Source of the DNA: the human T2T-CHM13v2.0 reference genome, Homo sapiens
Direction of reading: 5' to 3'
NCBI GenBank assembly: GCA_009914755.4
Contig: CP086569.2
Span: 11,424,001-11,488,000, forward strand
DNA length: 64,000 nt
The notes under the pieces are model-generated. The model was not told where the DNA came from and did no database searches. It saw only the letters and a program-made list of their open reading frames with translations. Positions within the stretch are counted from its first letter, which is position 1, and each line of letters opens with the position of its first letter. Shown one piece after another: positions 49,109 through 64,000 of the stretch. A program made the position numbers and the translations under genes.

Positions 49109-52100
49109 GCACCCAGCCTATTTTGCTCTTATGTGCTATTTGTTCCATCATTTTTTGCTCCTCTGTTCTTTCTTTCATGCCTTTTTATATTAACTGAACA
49201 ATATTCAGGGTTCCATTTTAATTCCTTTATTGGCATTTTAGAAGAATATCTTCATATAATGTGGTGGTTCTCTAGGGATTATAATAAACATCCTGGGCTT
49301 ATTGCAGTCCACTTAGTGTTAATATTCAGCGTTTTCATGTAACATAAAGAAAAGTTGCGGCAAAATTGTTGCGTTTAGTCTCCTGTCAGAGCTATTAATT
49401 TAGAATATTTTACATACATTATCAATAGTACACTTAATTTTTTATTGAAACCATCAGTTGTTTGTTATAAAACTAAAAGAAAAAAGCCTTAGTTTTTCAT
49501 GTTTATGCACATGCCATTCCTAGAGCTTCTCCTTGCTTCCTGTAGGTCAGAATTTCCATCTGTTGTTATCCTTCTTTAGCCTAAAAAATTTCCGTTTGCA
49601 TTTCTTGTATCTAGGTCTGCTAATAACAATTGTTTGAAGCTTTCTTTTATCTGACTAAATCTTTCTTTTCTCAAGAATCACTGTTTCTAGTGATAGAATT
49701 TGGAGTTGACAGTTTTCTTTTATTTTGAAGATATAGTTTCATTGCTTTTTAAAGTGTCATTTCTGATGACAGGTCATCTGTCTATTTGTTTCAACGTATG
49801 TAAATTATTTTCTCTCTCCCTTTAGCTACTTTCAAGATTTACTCTTTTTTTGCCCAGTGGTTTAACTATGATATGTCTATATTTGATTCCCTTTATTTTT
49901 ATTCTGTTCTTTGAGTTTCTTAAACCTGTAAGTTGATATATGCTGACAATTAGGAAAACTTTTGGTCTTTACTTTTTCAAATAGCTTTTTCTGTCTCATT
50001 TTCTTCTCTACTCTTTCTAGGACTCCAATTATATTAGTGCTAGACTGGCCCTATTTTTATTATTTTTCTTCCTTTGTATTAACTGTATTGGGAAATTGTT
50101 CTTGATCTGTTTTTAAGTGCACTGATAGTTTTTTCTGCCATCTTTAATTTACTGGTATGTGCATACAATGACATTTTTATATAAGATATTCAGTCTCTCA
50201 GTTCTAAAATTTGTCCTATTATCTCTTTATCGTTTTTACTTCTCTGTTGAGATTCTCCAAATATTCCCTCTTATGACCATCTATTCCTTAAATCCTTGAA
50301 TATGCTTGTAATATCTTATTTTAAATTTCTTATCTTCTAATCCCAGCATGTGGGCCATTTCACTGTCTTAATCCATTGTTTACTTTTTTTGTTATGCATC
50401 ATATATTCCTGGTTTTATGTCTAGGCAGGTTAAATTATATGTTAGATTATGTGTATGATATTTTGTAGAGATAAGTTCTTCTATTTTCCTTTGAAGAGTG
50501 ACTCTTTTCTAACGTTAGTCTTTTTTCTGTAGTCAAACACCAAACTTTCACTCCTGAGCTATATGCAATGGTTGAAATCTCTGCTCTGTACTAGCAATTT
50601 AGCTGTTGTTTTCTGCTGGATTCTATGGAGTCTCTTTTTATCAATGTGAAATGTAGCAGCCATCATATATCTGAATGAAGTTTAAGTGCTGATTTTAGAT
50701 TTTTACTCTGTGACATTCTCCTCTGTGACTTTCAGTTGTGTAAGATTTCCTCCCGTGTCATTCAAATTTCCCAGTTCTTCTTTTCTGTCAGCCTGGAACT
50801 CTGTGCTCTTATTCCTCAAGCTAGTAAAACTCACCGCTTTACTCGTAGACATCTAATTTTGCACAGACTGGGAAGGGTCATCAGGTGTGAAGTTGCGTTG
50901 ATGCAAATTTAAATCATTGCAATTTTCTTTATTCAGTGGTCAGATACTTCATCAGTGGTTGAATATTCTACTATTTCTGCCTGTTTTCTGTTTCTCATTG
51001 TCATCAAATGTGTATTTAATTTTTTTTAGAGTTAATAGTTTTTTTCCCTGCATTTGAGTTAGACCTGAGCTACTACCATATTCTGTAATTCAAACTTTTT
51101 GTCTAACAATGTTTTAAAAAACTCTTTATTTGGAGGGAATTCTCAAATTTCTAAATACTCTACAAACATTAGGACCAGGGCTCACATTCCCAGTTTCCTT
51201 TGTAGACAGATGTACATATGGAAAATGACCTCAGCTAATGAAGCATACCCACATAGTTGAAACTCAGAAAAGTGTTAAGAGGAACTGTAGATATCATTTT
51301 AGTTGATGCAAGGATGGCAAAAAATAACCAACTTTCACTGGTGAACTTTGTCTTCAATCATTGTTTTCCCATGGGTAAGTGGCTAATTTTCTGGCCTAGA
51401 GGTGGAATTGGTGTGTTGGTAACAATTGATTTGATGATAACCTGCTTTTGTCTTTTTAAAAATTGCTAATCCACCATTGTTTCTTGTCCTGTTTTATACT
51501 TATGCCGTGTATAATCTCTCATGTAAAATTTAGTTCTTTGTTTCTCAGCTTAAACTAGATTTTGATGAGCAGTTTTCACCTTCAAATGAAAGAAATGGCT
51601 TTGGTTGATGTTAGACAAAAATAACAAGAGGGAATTAAAGAAATATGTTTGTCATCTTGTAATATTAAATAAATGAAACTGAAAATTCAACAATTCTGCT
51701 TCTAAAAAAATAGAAAGTTTCTACTGTTTTTCGTTATTTTTGAAGCTATATGATTAAATGAAATTTCTGCCTCATGGAAGGTTTTTAGAACTATGTAATA
51801 ATACCATACAGACCATTGGGAGAGAAATGAATAAAGACTGAAAGAAGTAAGCACTGTGTGGTAACGTAGATGGCACATAGTTTGTGCGTGGAGACCTAAT
51901 ACCTTTTACCACGGAATTTATACAATAAATGTTAGTTTCCTGTGAACCTGCTAATTAATATGACTTTCTCAGACATTTCCTTAACCTAAACAGTTTAGGT
52001 TTCCTGTAGATAGACTGCATGTATTCTCATCTTTAACCTTTCCATAATCTTCCCTAATTACAGATGTCATTGGTTCTTAATAGCAAAAGAACAGCAGTAG

Positions 52101-53009
52101 CTTATAAAGTTATATTATTTGTTTTTTACTAATATGTGAAGTGATTTTGTCTTTCATTTCACCTCTAAAGCTAATTATGTCTTCTAAGTTAACAAAAATT
52201 CCAGATCATACCATCATTAGTTTAAACTTTACAATGAATTCATTCTTTCCATTTATTACTAGCCTGCATTATAACAATATTTAGCTAATGAATTCTCAAA
52301 ATATTTCTTGAAAGGTGAAAGAGTACCTCAAGTAAGTGGTGTAATTAATTTATTTATCAGAATTTTAAATTAAGTGTTCTGTTTAATCTCAAAGAGGTAC
52401 CAATGAAGTTAGGGCATAAGGAGTCCGTGGTTAATAAAATGGCAAGAATTAAAAAAGATTATTACATTTTTTCCTCATACTATGATGGCTATAATTTTTT
52501 AAAACAGTAGAAATGTTTAATTTTTAAAGGCTACTAGTGTCTATTTAATTCAAAGATGTGAGGTCTTCAGTTCAATTTGTTGTTTGAAATTTGAATAGCT
52601 GTTTCTTGCTGTTGTTCAATACAGGTATTAAACAGTCCAGGCAGGCCTCTGGAGTTACATATATGTATGTGGCTATGTGTGTATATATACATAGAAGTAT
52701 AAATAGCATACAATTAATTTACCTAAGACTTTTGCTTTTGATGAAAATTCTTCTAAAAGTGAATGTAAATTAATAGCATATGGAGCCTACAAAAATTGTC
52801 TAATAGGGAAGTAGGAAAATATAATTTGTGAAGAAATAGTTCACTAAAACAGACTTTTTATTTTTACATGTAATAACTTTATATTGAAGGGTTTCCAGAA
52901 ATATAAAATGTTATAGGGCACTTATACTGAGACACACGAAGGAGACAAGGGATAGAGCTAGGATGGAAATGAAAAGAAAGGACAAATAGAGATAGATACT
53001 TAAGTTGAA

Positions 53010-53258
53010 ATGAAACACTGCATGTTCTCACTCATAGGTGATAATTGAACAGTGAGAACACGTGGACACAGGAAGGGGAACATCACACACCAGGGCCTGT
53101 TGTGGGGTGGGGGAGGGGGTAGGGATAGCATTAAGACATATACCTAATGCTAAATGACGAGTTAATGGGTGCAGCACACCAACATGGCACATGTATACAT
53201 ATGTAACTAAACTGCACGTTGTGCACATATGCCCTAAAACTTAAAGTACAAAAAAAAG
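53010..53258 (+). mobile_element. L1PA-type 3' end fragment (last ~250 nt plus short A tail)
   Basis: aaacactgcatgttctcactcataggtg.taattgaacagtgagaacacgtggacacaggaaggggaacatcacacaccagggcctgttgtggggtggggg...gcacatgtatacatatgtaactaaactgcacgttgtgcacatatgccctaaaacttaaagtacaaaaaaaag. Confidence 0.9.
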
Positions 53259-56044
53259 TCATCAAACAGGTGGTAATTTTAAAACATGTCTTTTCCAGGC
53301 AGCAAATTTTCTGAATGTATCGCAAAAGAAGATAAATTGTGTGTCTATGTAGATCATGTCAATGAAATAAACAATAAAGGTTACTTATTGGAATATTGAA
53401 AGTGGTTGATAATAAATTAATTACTTATATTTATGGTAAAAGCAATAAACTTGATTTTTAGGGGGTTCAATGACTTCCTGAAAATATCCTCTCACAGATT
53501 TTCTCAGAGTGTCTAGTTGGCAAAAGCACAGCTCCAAATAGCTATTTCTGTCAATGTCTACAGAATATTTACAGTTCGGTTTCCAAAAGTTTCCATTTAT
53601 ACTGACCTTACAAATTTGTAAAATGAATGCCCAACAGGAAAAAATATTAAATGATAAAATTAATTGGATCCTACAAGTGAAAATCTAGGCAAGGAAAATC
53701 TTCCTTCTTAATGAATGATTTTTACGTCTCTTCATTCTTGTCCTTCTAGGTAGAGCAACACTCTGGAGACCTTCTTTTGAGGCATTTCACCACCAGAGTA
53801 AGTGTGATGTATGAATAATTAGTCCACCCACAGGCAGCTGGTGAAATTGAATTGGAAGTTATTTCTTAACTGGCATATCTTGGAGTAAAATTCATCTAAT
53901 AACAGTTTTCATAAGAGAGCATAAGCTTAAAAGACAACATTTTTCATTCAACTTTACCAAACAAAGTGCAAATTTAGGTGTCCAGTTGTGAAGTTTGGTT
54001 GTGTATGGATTGTACAGTGAAGGTACCAGTGGACAACAGTTGCTCATCAAGCAAGTTTATACAAAATCTTTTGGACAAGTCCAACTCTAGATAAAATTCT
54101 AAAGTATTTCGTGCTTGTGTTCAGAGTTTCTTTTTCTCTCTCCAAGGTAACACACATATCAAAAGACATGGATTGTGGGTAGAACTTCCTAAAATTGCTG
54201 GTGAGAAGTGTGCCATGCATAAACATACTTCACTAGCTTGAATTTTCTGTTAGTCTCACAGGAAACAATTACAATCCTGTATGTTTTTCTATCTCCACAC
54301 ACTCCTGAACATAGAAAGACCAAGTAACATCCCTGGTTAAGATGTGTACAGGTTACAAGACATGTCTAAATATATTCACCAAGAGGTTTATTATTTTCAC
54401 AGTGGCATTCACTAAATCAGTTGTCAGTATAGCATTACTCAAGGAATAAGCAGGGTCTTTAATTTATCAAAGTTTGGAGTCCACCCCAAGTTGGATCACT
54501 GAAGCACATAACTATAGATAAGGTCACTCAAAAGCACAAATCCAGGTAATAAATATTCAGTAGTAGTTTATATGCATTTAGCAATTTGAATGCTGGGAAA
54601 TGTAGCCCAGAAAATCAATCGACCTTCAACTATTAAAGAGGCATTCATGGCACCTGCACTTTGAATCTTTTCAGACGAAGGTTAAACAGGAGACACGGTA
54701 GCTCACGTATACTGCAAAACCCCTTCCTCTTTCCCTTTTTATCTATGAACCTGCCCTTTTCAATGTTATCTAGATGCCTGAAGGTATGAATACCCTTGAT
54801 CTTAGTAAAAAATGGTACCACCCATCAGCAAAATCTCACTGATCAGTGTCTATGTTACCTCACTGAGTTAGCCTTTTGTGTTGTTGTGGCCCAGGATGAC
54901 AATGTTGACAGAATCCAAACCAGTAGTTGGAAAGTTAATGTTAGATGCGTCTTTGACAATTGATGGAATGACCTGAAATCAAATGTGAGGCAGTGGAGAC
55001 ACAAGAATGCTATTCAGGCAGTGAGTGATCTGTGGAGATACTAAATGAAATATCTGGAAGGAATTGTAATCTTGAAACTATGCTTTTATGTGTTTTTTGA
55101 TGTAAACAGTTTCTATTTATGGTGGAGCTGCAGTGTCCATTTCCCATGATGTTCCCATAGTGTTAACTAATACAGTCATGTGTCACTTAATGACAGGGGT
55201 GTGTCTGAGCAATGCATTGCTGGACAATTTTATTATTGTATGAACATCACAGAGTTTACTTACACAAACCTAGATGCTATAGCTGATTATATGCCTAGGT
55301 TAGGTGGTATAGCCTATTCCTCCTAGGCTACAAACCTGTGCAGCATGTTACTGTACTGAATACTGTAGGCAATTGTAACACAACAGTTAAGTATATCTAT
55401 AGTTACTAATATCTATACAGTAAGTGTATCTATACATGTCTAAACATACAAGAGGTACAGTAAAAGTACAGTGTTATGATTTTATTGCACCACTCTCATA
55501 CATGTGCACTATCCTTGACCAAAATGTTGTTATGTGATGCATGATTGTAACAAAAGAATTAATTAAATATAATATTGAAGTGCCTATTGAGATTTCAATG
55601 AAGAAAGGAATATTTGTAAATTCTGATTACCTTAAGTGAGAATTGACTTTCTTCCTGTTTCCATGGCTGTTCTTGTGAAAGAGCATAGCTTTCCAAAGAC
55701 CTGAAATCTCTAACAAATCTTGCAATTCTCTATTGCCTGCATTATGAAGGTCACCTGGTGTCAAATGAGGCAAAATGGTAGATTATAAAGACCTGTACTT
55801 TATTGTCAGTTCCTAAACATAGCAAGCATTGGTCTACCTTGAACATTTCTGCCATTATAAATGAGCCTTGGGTCATGATTTTCTGCCCTTTTATCATAGA
55901 CAAGATTTAATTTAGGAGATGTCCTTTTAATGTGTAATGTGAATAGTAAGTGCCACTTATGAAGCCTATTTTCTTCCAGCCATTTTAATTGTCAAATCTG
56001 TCCAGTCAAGATGCATTGTTAGAGGCTTCACTGACAACACCGTC

Positions 56045-56073
56045 TGTGTGTGTGGGTGTGTGGGTGTGTGTGT
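56045..56073. repeat. (TG)n-like microsatellite, imperfect
   Basis: tgtgtgtgtgggtgtgtgggtgtgtgtgt. Confidence 0.8.
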
Positions 56074-56483
56074 ATACATACATATGATTGACCAGGATTT
56101 ATTGTAAGTCAAAACAGTCTCAAATTTCTTAGGAAAATACAGCTTCCTTAGCCATTCCCTTGGAGCTCTGAGTTGAGGAGCTGGTGATGTGTATTTCTTT
56201 TACATGTTCTCCACATTATCCCCATGCAGGCCTTCCATGGGCTTGGTTTTGGAACCAGTGATAAGGAAGATCATTAGAACTGTTGTTCTCAAAAAGCTTC
56301 CTCCATTCTTCTGTATAAGCAATTGCAATTTTCCCAGACCATTATTTCTTCTTTTGAAATGGAAAATTTTGAATAATAACTGGTTAGTATAATCCCATAA
56401 AATAACAAAGTTTGAGCCCTATGATCTGTGTTTTAGGCTAAAGTTGTGTTTTATGCTAAATCATCATTTACTCCTTGTATGAT

Positions 56484-56655
56484 TTTTTTTTTTTTTTTTT
56501 TGAGACAGAGTCTCACACTGTCACTCAGGCTGGAGTGCAGTGGCACAATTTTGGCTTACGGCAAGCTCCACCTCCCAGGTGCACACCATCCTTCTGCTTC
56601 AGCCTCCTGAGTAGCTGGGACTACAGGTGCCCACCACCACACCTGGCTAATTGTT
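56484..56655 (-). mobile_element. Partial Alu (right monomer only) with T19 head
   Basis: tttttttttttttttttttgagacagagtctcacactgtcactcaggctggagtgcagtggcacaattttggcttacggcaagctccacctcccaggtgcacaccatccttctgcttcagcctcctgagtagctgggactacaggtgcccaccaccacacctggctaatt. Confidence 0.8.
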
Positions 56656-59600
56656 TTTTAAGATTAAGGGCGAAATAAGAGCTGCTCCCCTATATTACAA
56701 TCATAAATCAGAATTATTAAAGCATGCTATTTATTTATTAGAAACACATACTCCAAATTTAGCATCTAAGACATGACAGCCTTTCAAGAGACATCAATTT
56801 ACTTTTTAGGGTCTATAGCTATATTTGTATTCATGTTATTGGTGTCCATAGTGTTTCATTAGATGTTCTGGGTAAATTAATAAATGACAATAATGTATGT
56901 GATAAGGGGAACAACCTAGGCCTCCTGGAGGGCCCCTTACAACTCAGCTGGTGTTAGCAGAAATGCCTGGGTGTAACAGTGAGAAACAACCTTTCAAAAG
57001 TGTTGAGCAATTTTTCAGGCAGAGGAATATGTATACCAATCCAGGCAGCAAGATAAGTGGAGGTCAGTTAAAAGATCAGGGTGTGATTACATTTTTTTTT
57101 TAGGTTTCTACTGAGAGGAAATATAACACTCAGTTATTATTTTCTCCGCATATCTCTGGTTATTTTGTCACAACCTTTTATGTAAGCTACTACCAAACAC
57201 TGGGTTATCCAAGATCTATGGGTCGTATTCAATATTTGCTTTTCCCTCAACTACTAACACATTTGATTCTCTTTGTAACTGTCTCTCCTATTTCTCCTTT
57301 TAACCTGTTTTCTCCAACCACACTGAGTTAATAAGCCTCCTATATACTCTCATAACCTGTTTTATCTAAAGAGATTTCCTTTTTCTACTATTATACCCAT
57401 CTCATTCCCTAATTTATTTATTCTTATTTCTCTCTCTATTTTTTATTCTTTTAGGCACAGCTCATGTCTCATGACTTTCAAAAAGTTTTTCTTCTGATAT
57501 TCCCAGCTCGAATTAGGTACATCCCAATCAGTTTCCTTAGACTTACAACTCTGCAAATTATTGGCTTGCAATCTGTCTTAGGCTGGGAATTAGCTCCTTG
57601 TAGGCAGGGGCTAGAATTTATTTACACTTATGTCCATAATGCCTGACACAGGAACTATTCTCACATACAAATTGTAGGGCCATAATTCCTGAGAACATAT
57701 GTATATTGTAGTGACTCATAAAGGCTTGAAATAAATTTTTAAAATGATTAATTGGGAAGTCCATGAACTTGACATCTTGATGTAGAAGAAAAGCAAGGGC
57801 AGATGAAGAAGTTATACATGATACTTGAAATACCAGAAGAATATAATCAGAGAGCAATAAATTAATCCTAGATTTTTAGATGTGAAGAAGTTCTGAGAAA
57901 TATTTGAAGACATGGCTCTAGGGATGAGTACATAACACAGACCAGTAGCTAGAGTTAGAGCTTTTCAGAGTGAAGAAATTGCATTGCAGGGGGAAGGACT
58001 GTTGTATACTAAATAGAAATTGTCATTAAATGGAGACTAAGCAAGAGGCTGATGATCTGTGGATGACAGATGCATAAAGGTGTGGAGATAGAGGTAAATG
58101 CCATAATGTACAAAGAAGATATTTTTGTGCCAGAAAGAAATAATAGATCTAGAATGTAATAAAAGATAAATAGTTAACTACATTGTAATGTGGTCTGAGA
58201 ACTCACTGAAGGCATAGCCATTGATATTAACTTCCACTTCGCTTCCAGACAAAAGATTTTAAATATCTTAAAAATTCCATTTGATATTGTATGATTCATC
58301 AAGACAGAAAGTAAAGCTGTAGTTGCCCTGGGAGGGTGGGGAATGGGGAGTCACTTTTTAACGGGTACAGGATTTCAATTTTACAAGGCAAAAATAATTA
58401 TGGAGATGGGTGGTGGTGATGCTTGCACAACATTGTGAATACATTTAATGACACTGAATTTTATACTTAACAGTGGTTAAGATGCAAATTGTTGAGTGTG
58501 TTTTGCCACAGTTAAAAAACGGAAAACAATAGTATTTGAAGATATAGCCCATTTCATCTGGTAGCTAGCTGTATGTGTCTGCTCAGCCGTGGATAGGTAT
58601 TTATGCTGTTTCTGAACTGGAGGTTACTGGTATTCTCTAAGGTATAGGAAAATTGATCTTATGTGGCTAACTGAGGTGGATATAGTTGTGTCATTCAGAC
58701 AGTAATGATATAATCATGATAGATTACATTTAACACAACTTACATGTGTTATACTTTAGAAAACACTTCATAGATATTATTACTTCATACCACTTTCCCC
58801 TTACCATATTTGTCTCTCCTTTCTCTGCTGACTTCAGAAAATGTCTCTTCCACACTATTCAATTCATCTCCTTAGTTTGTCAAAATTTTACGTCTCAGAG
58901 TCTCCAAAAAAAAATTCCAGACAAGTCTCATCAGCTTTTGGTTATTGATTAATCAATATCCTTAGAGGCTTCCCCTTCTCAATTCAACATAGCTTCCAAA
59001 TACACTTGCCAGTAAAACAAAGTTGTTTATATGGTTTTGTATTTCTTCCTGCTGAATTATGAACATTTTTTCATATTGACATTGATTTCCATCTGGCCAT
59101 GAAATACTCAAGGTGAAGAAAATGAAACAAAATTGTTAATATTTATCAAGAGCCAGGTACTGTTTTCAGTGTCCTAGAAGCATAAACTAGTGTAATGCTC
59201 ACCAGCTCATATGAGAGGCAAAAATGGATGAAATTATAAAACCAAGACACAGAGAGTTAAGGGAAATTTCCCAAGATCACACAGCCACTGAGGATATGAA
59301 CTAGATTTTGACTTCAGGCTATTTACCCCAGAACCTGTGCTTTCAACCATCATTTGTACTGCTTCCCTAAATTACACTTGACTACACTGTGACATCAAAT
59401 TTCACCTATGACACTGACTATCTGGGGAACTTTGCAACTTATTCTGAATATGACTCAGTTTTCTTTTCTGTACAGAGATAAAGTCAGTATATACTCTATA
59501 GATTCTTTATAAGGATTATATGAAATGACACATGAGAAGGCTTTAAAAGGACTTGGAAAGCAATAAGCTTTTTTGTTTTCAATCATTTTTCAATAGGTTA

Positions 59601-62600
59601 TCAGTGTTGTGAATGGTTCATGAAAAATGATTTTGGGCTCAGTGAGTAACTGAAATGTTGTTGCTTAATAGTGTGTTTAATATTAATATAATAGTAACAA
59701 ATGTTGTTATTGTTGAGTAATACTTATTTGGCTTTTCACTGCTTTTCTTTTCTAGTGTTTTAGTCAGAGACTTCTTAAGTCTCCTCAAGTGTGTACACAT
59801 TTCTTAAGTTTGTTGGAAAGTACCAAATTTAAGATATCTTGCATTTTTTTCTTCCTTAGTAAACACTAAATTCCATCACGCAGCAGAAAAAGGGCTCTGT
59901 TATTGTTGGTACAATGGTTTAATATTCACTTGTATTCCCTGTATCGTAGTTCTGATTTAATTGCTATTTAGAATAAAATTTGTTCCTTATTATATGCATT
60001 CATAATTATAAAATTTGTGTTTTAATGCCTTCTACACATATACTGTGCTTTTCTTTATTTCCTTATATCTCTTACTGTTTCATGATCCTGGTATTTGAAA
60101 TCTCATTAAGTGTTGTTTGGGGATTTGCTGGGAATGTCATCTACATAGTAATGTCTCAAGTTTGTAGCATCTTTAAAACATAATAGGAGATGGAATTCAC
60201 AGCAGAGTAATAAACCTCCCGCTTTAGGCAATGTATTTGTGATTGGTATGACTTTGTTCCCAGAGGGCAGTTAGCAACACAATATTAAGGCTATGTGTAC
60301 AAGGAAAACAAATTTTAAAAATCTCCTTTAAAAAAACAGTTTCCTATCCTAACCAGTATCATGCACAGAATCCGTTTCCATCTCTTCATATGGAAGCAGC
60401 TCTGGGTGGACATCTAGAAAGTTGGATAACTATTTATCACATATGATCTGTAAAGGGAGAGATTTACAAGAAAGTGTTAAATTTAATCCATAGGAAAGCA
60501 AAGTCAAAAATCAATGAATTTTCCATTTGTAGTTTTCCCTAGGGGCTCCACTCTCAAGATGGCTTATATGCGTTAGAACTAATTGACTAGGCACAATTGT
60601 TTGTTAGTGACATAAAAGCAAGGTGAGCATTTCTGCTTTATGAGTCCAAGCACAGGGGCATTGGTTTTCTTTGGAAGGATATCATAAAGGCAATGTTTAT
60701 GAGTAATCCCTCATTGTCTTTCCTTCTGTAGCATTCAATGGTATGTACTATAATTTAGAAATGAAAACTATTTAAAGACCACTTGCTAAGTTTCATGTAT
60801 TTCAAATTCTCAGATCCTAAGTGTTTAAATATGCCTATATTTCTTCATGAAAAAAAACATAATCTTTGCCAAGTTAGAAAAAGAAAAAGTCATATTCCCA
60901 TTTTTATCTAAATGTAATCAGAAATTTGGACAGTTTTTAGCCTTCAATACATTATGTAATTTGGGTAACAGGTTGAATAAAAGTAAGGAACTTCAGTTAA
61001 ATTCAGAGAGAAGCTAGTAATTATTTCTAAGACTCAAATGTATAGAACAGATCTCTGATAGTAAGGGTAAAACCCTCAAAGGTGACCCAAAATGGGTAAT
61101 TGTGGGATTATTTTGGGAGGAATCATCATAGATTCTTACTGCTATAAATACAGTCAAATGTCAGATAAATATACTCCACTGAAATGTTTTCTAGGAATGA
61201 TGTTGGAACCAATGTTGGTAATTTTGAAAGTCATGGAGAGGATTTCAGATGATAGAAGTCGGGCAACTATCCCAGGTTTAATAAATAAGTAAATTGTGAG
61301 TTCCAAAAATGCTGTATCAATGAGCCTCATATTGATCCTGAGCACAATTTCAGGAAGGTCCATTAAATGGGTCTTTGGAGAGCACTTAGGATAAAAGGCT
61401 GGCAGCAGGGATTCACTAAGAGCAATGGTGCCAAGCTTGTCTCTTTAGCATTGTTATGTGACTGATAAAGGTAGGCTATAGCGATACACAATACAGATAT
61501 TTCCAGGGTAAAGCTGTCGAGCTGCTGTAATTTTCCTTGCCTCTTCACTATCTTCTCCTATAGTTGACTCCCAAGGAAAAGATAGTTGACTTTTAATCTA
61601 GAAATGTATGTTAATTAGCAAAAACAAACAAATGAAACCATAAACTATCCTTTAGGCTTCTCTCTGCTCAGTTATTAGATCATATGAATGTGCCCTTAGG
61701 AAACACAGAAGACCCACACTACTATAGAGACAAATTTCTTACATTCTCTGCTGTTTAATGCTCTTCAAAAGACTTACCATACTTCACTAATTTGATTACC
61801 AACTACTTGAACACAGGGACCAATGTGCTTATTAAAAATTTTGCATATTATGAGGGCATTAACTTTTAAGTATTCGATTGTTAAGACAATGCATATTATT
61901 ATAAACCATAGAAGGCACACTTATTACCTCCTTAAGAACCAGTCTCTATTTCTCTGGTTCATAGATCTCCAAGGTCATAGAGGGATTTTACATTTGTGTC
62001 TTCAATTGGCCCTCTTCAGCCCTAGGATAAATAGTGATTAATCTAAGCCAATGGTTTTCAGCTCTGTCTGACCCAATGCCTCTACTTCACAAGAAACTCT
62101 TCAAAGACCCCTTCGCTATTCTAAACTATTAGTGAGAACACAATGTATGCATTCAAGTTGTTGAAAATATTAATGTTATGCTGAAGCTAACAAAGGAGAA
62201 ATAATTTACTGTCAATATATAATCCAAAATGTATATAATTGTGCCAGAACATTTACATATCAAATACAATAGAACATAATGAAATTTTCATATCTTCACC
62301 AATACTTTGATACATTGTAAATAAAAAGCTACAGATATAGTTTCATTGAATAACCAAATGCCAAAACTGCCATTTCTATTGTTGACATGATTGATCTGCA
62401 TTGGTAAATGTAATAGATACTTTCTGTTTGGCCCTTGTCCCCTGTTATACTCCCCTATTTACTGGCTTTCGTCCAAGTGGAATGGTCCATATTGAATATC
62501 TCAATCGGTTCCCTTGCTCATTGCCTTCTATGCATGTTCATGAGATTAAAGGGAAGGAGGTAATGGGATTGGGGGTTATTGCCTAAACTCCCTCTCTGCT

Positions 62601-63361
62601 AGGTCTCCTTGACCAATCTTTTTCATAAGAAAATTAGTGTTTCCTTGTGTGATCAGGGCAGTTTACTCTCAAGAACTCTGCCTGCTGCTACTAACCCAGA
62701 GTTATTGTGGGGTGTGATTTCTGTGATTCCTTCACCCTTCTCCCCTGACATTTTCGTAAGTAGTCTCTTTGGAAATAAACCCATGTTAAATTATCTTAGT
62801 TTGTGTGTGTTCTATTTTTCCTATTGAGACTCTGAAATGAGTATCTAAATGAAAAAATCTACCGTCTTTTCTCATATACATAGTAGTTTCGTTCTTGCAA
62901 AATTCATGGCATATTAAAACCATGCAAAAGTATTTGGCACTTAGGCAGTTACATTTGGGATTGTATAATTAAACAAAGCAGGTTATTCGCCTTCATTACA
63001 TTAGAAAGTCTTTCAGGACATGCAGCAATCCTTAATTAGGAGCGGCTATCCCATGTTACTGGACATATGGCATCCCTGTTTTCCAATCCTTAAAGTTTTT
63101 CCTTAAAGTTCCAAAATGCCATCACTTATTATTTCCTGCCATTGGATTTTGTCACATGAAGTTGTAAGGCTGGGAATGCCATAGCCATCTTGAAAACATA
63201 GGTAGAAAGATAAGAGAATCACAAAGAAGTGGATCATGTTGAATTAACTAAGCATTGATACCATCTATTTGTTGTGTGATTTGGTAAAAGTTGCTCCTTG
63301 TTTTTTTCTTCAGTTAGTTGACTATTCTGTTACTTGAAGCTAAAAACTTTTTTCTTTTCTT

Positions 63362-63656
<295 letters not shown>

Positions 63657-64000
63657 AAAAACATTTTAACCAATAGCAAAGCACATTATTTCATTACATT
63701 TTTTCAAAAGTTGCAAGTAATTTCAATTAAAAATATTATATAACATGTTTAATGCAATACAAATACTTTTCAATGTACAATGAGGTTAAGTCTTGATAAG
63801 CTGATTATAAATTGAAAATACAGTAAGTTAAAAATGTATTTAATACCTCACTTACAGAATATCACAGCTTAGCCTGGCATACCTTTAATGTGCTCAGAAC
63901 ACTTATATCAGCTGACAATTGGGCAAAATCATTGAATACAAAACCCACTTTATAATAAAGCATTGGATATTTTATGTAATTTGTTGAATATTGTACTGAA

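Overview
This window is primate nuclear DNA, almost certainly human, and it is not prokaryotic. I find no CRISPR array, operon, tRNA or rRNA gene, or defence-system candidate, and I do not claim one. About a third of the sequence is recognisable interspersed repeat: roughly 26 Alu elements (many with readable target-site duplications), several L1 copies and at least three endogenous-retrovirus (ERV) loci. Nearly every ORF in the six-frame track is a translation of Alu, L1 or ERV sequence. A typical example is the antisense-Alu peptide '...[20 protein letters not shown]...'.

Main structures:
1. 946-8550: a complete but degenerate LTR retroelement. It has two ~400-480 bp LTRs, a tRNA-Leu-like primer-binding site, a polypurine tract and a 4-bp target-site duplication. 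Its interior carries five Alu insertions and an unrelated LTR-like repeat.
2. 11.95-12.56 kb: a CpG-island promoter with ETS, YY1, SP1, NRF1 and ZNF143-type motifs. This is the most gene-like feature in the window.
3. 14.86-18.98 kb: an old plus-strand L1 ORF2 and 3' end, interrupted by four Alus.
4. 18.98-19.88 kb: a minus-strand LTR-like repeat (inverted copy of the one at 2.29-2.82 kb) next to an env-TM-like ORF remnant.
5. 20688-25980: a full-length L1PA-type element on the minus strand. It has a 13-bp TSD, an internally deleted 5'UTR and fragmented ORF1 and ORF2.
6. 33.04-38.94 kb: a compound HERV-K-like (ERV2, betaretrovirus-type) locus on the minus strand. It contains pro (dUTPase, protease, G-patch), an RT N-terminus, an integrase C-terminus, a gag with nucleocapsid zinc fingers, a ~480 bp LTR with a tRNA-Lys-type PBS, and a second, diverged gag plus PBS-Lys plus short LTR fused head-to-tail.
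7. 40-64 kb: AT-rich unique DNA with sparse Alu and L1 fragments, microsatellites and no supportable exons.

All coordinates are hand-counted from the printed sequence and may be off by a few bases.
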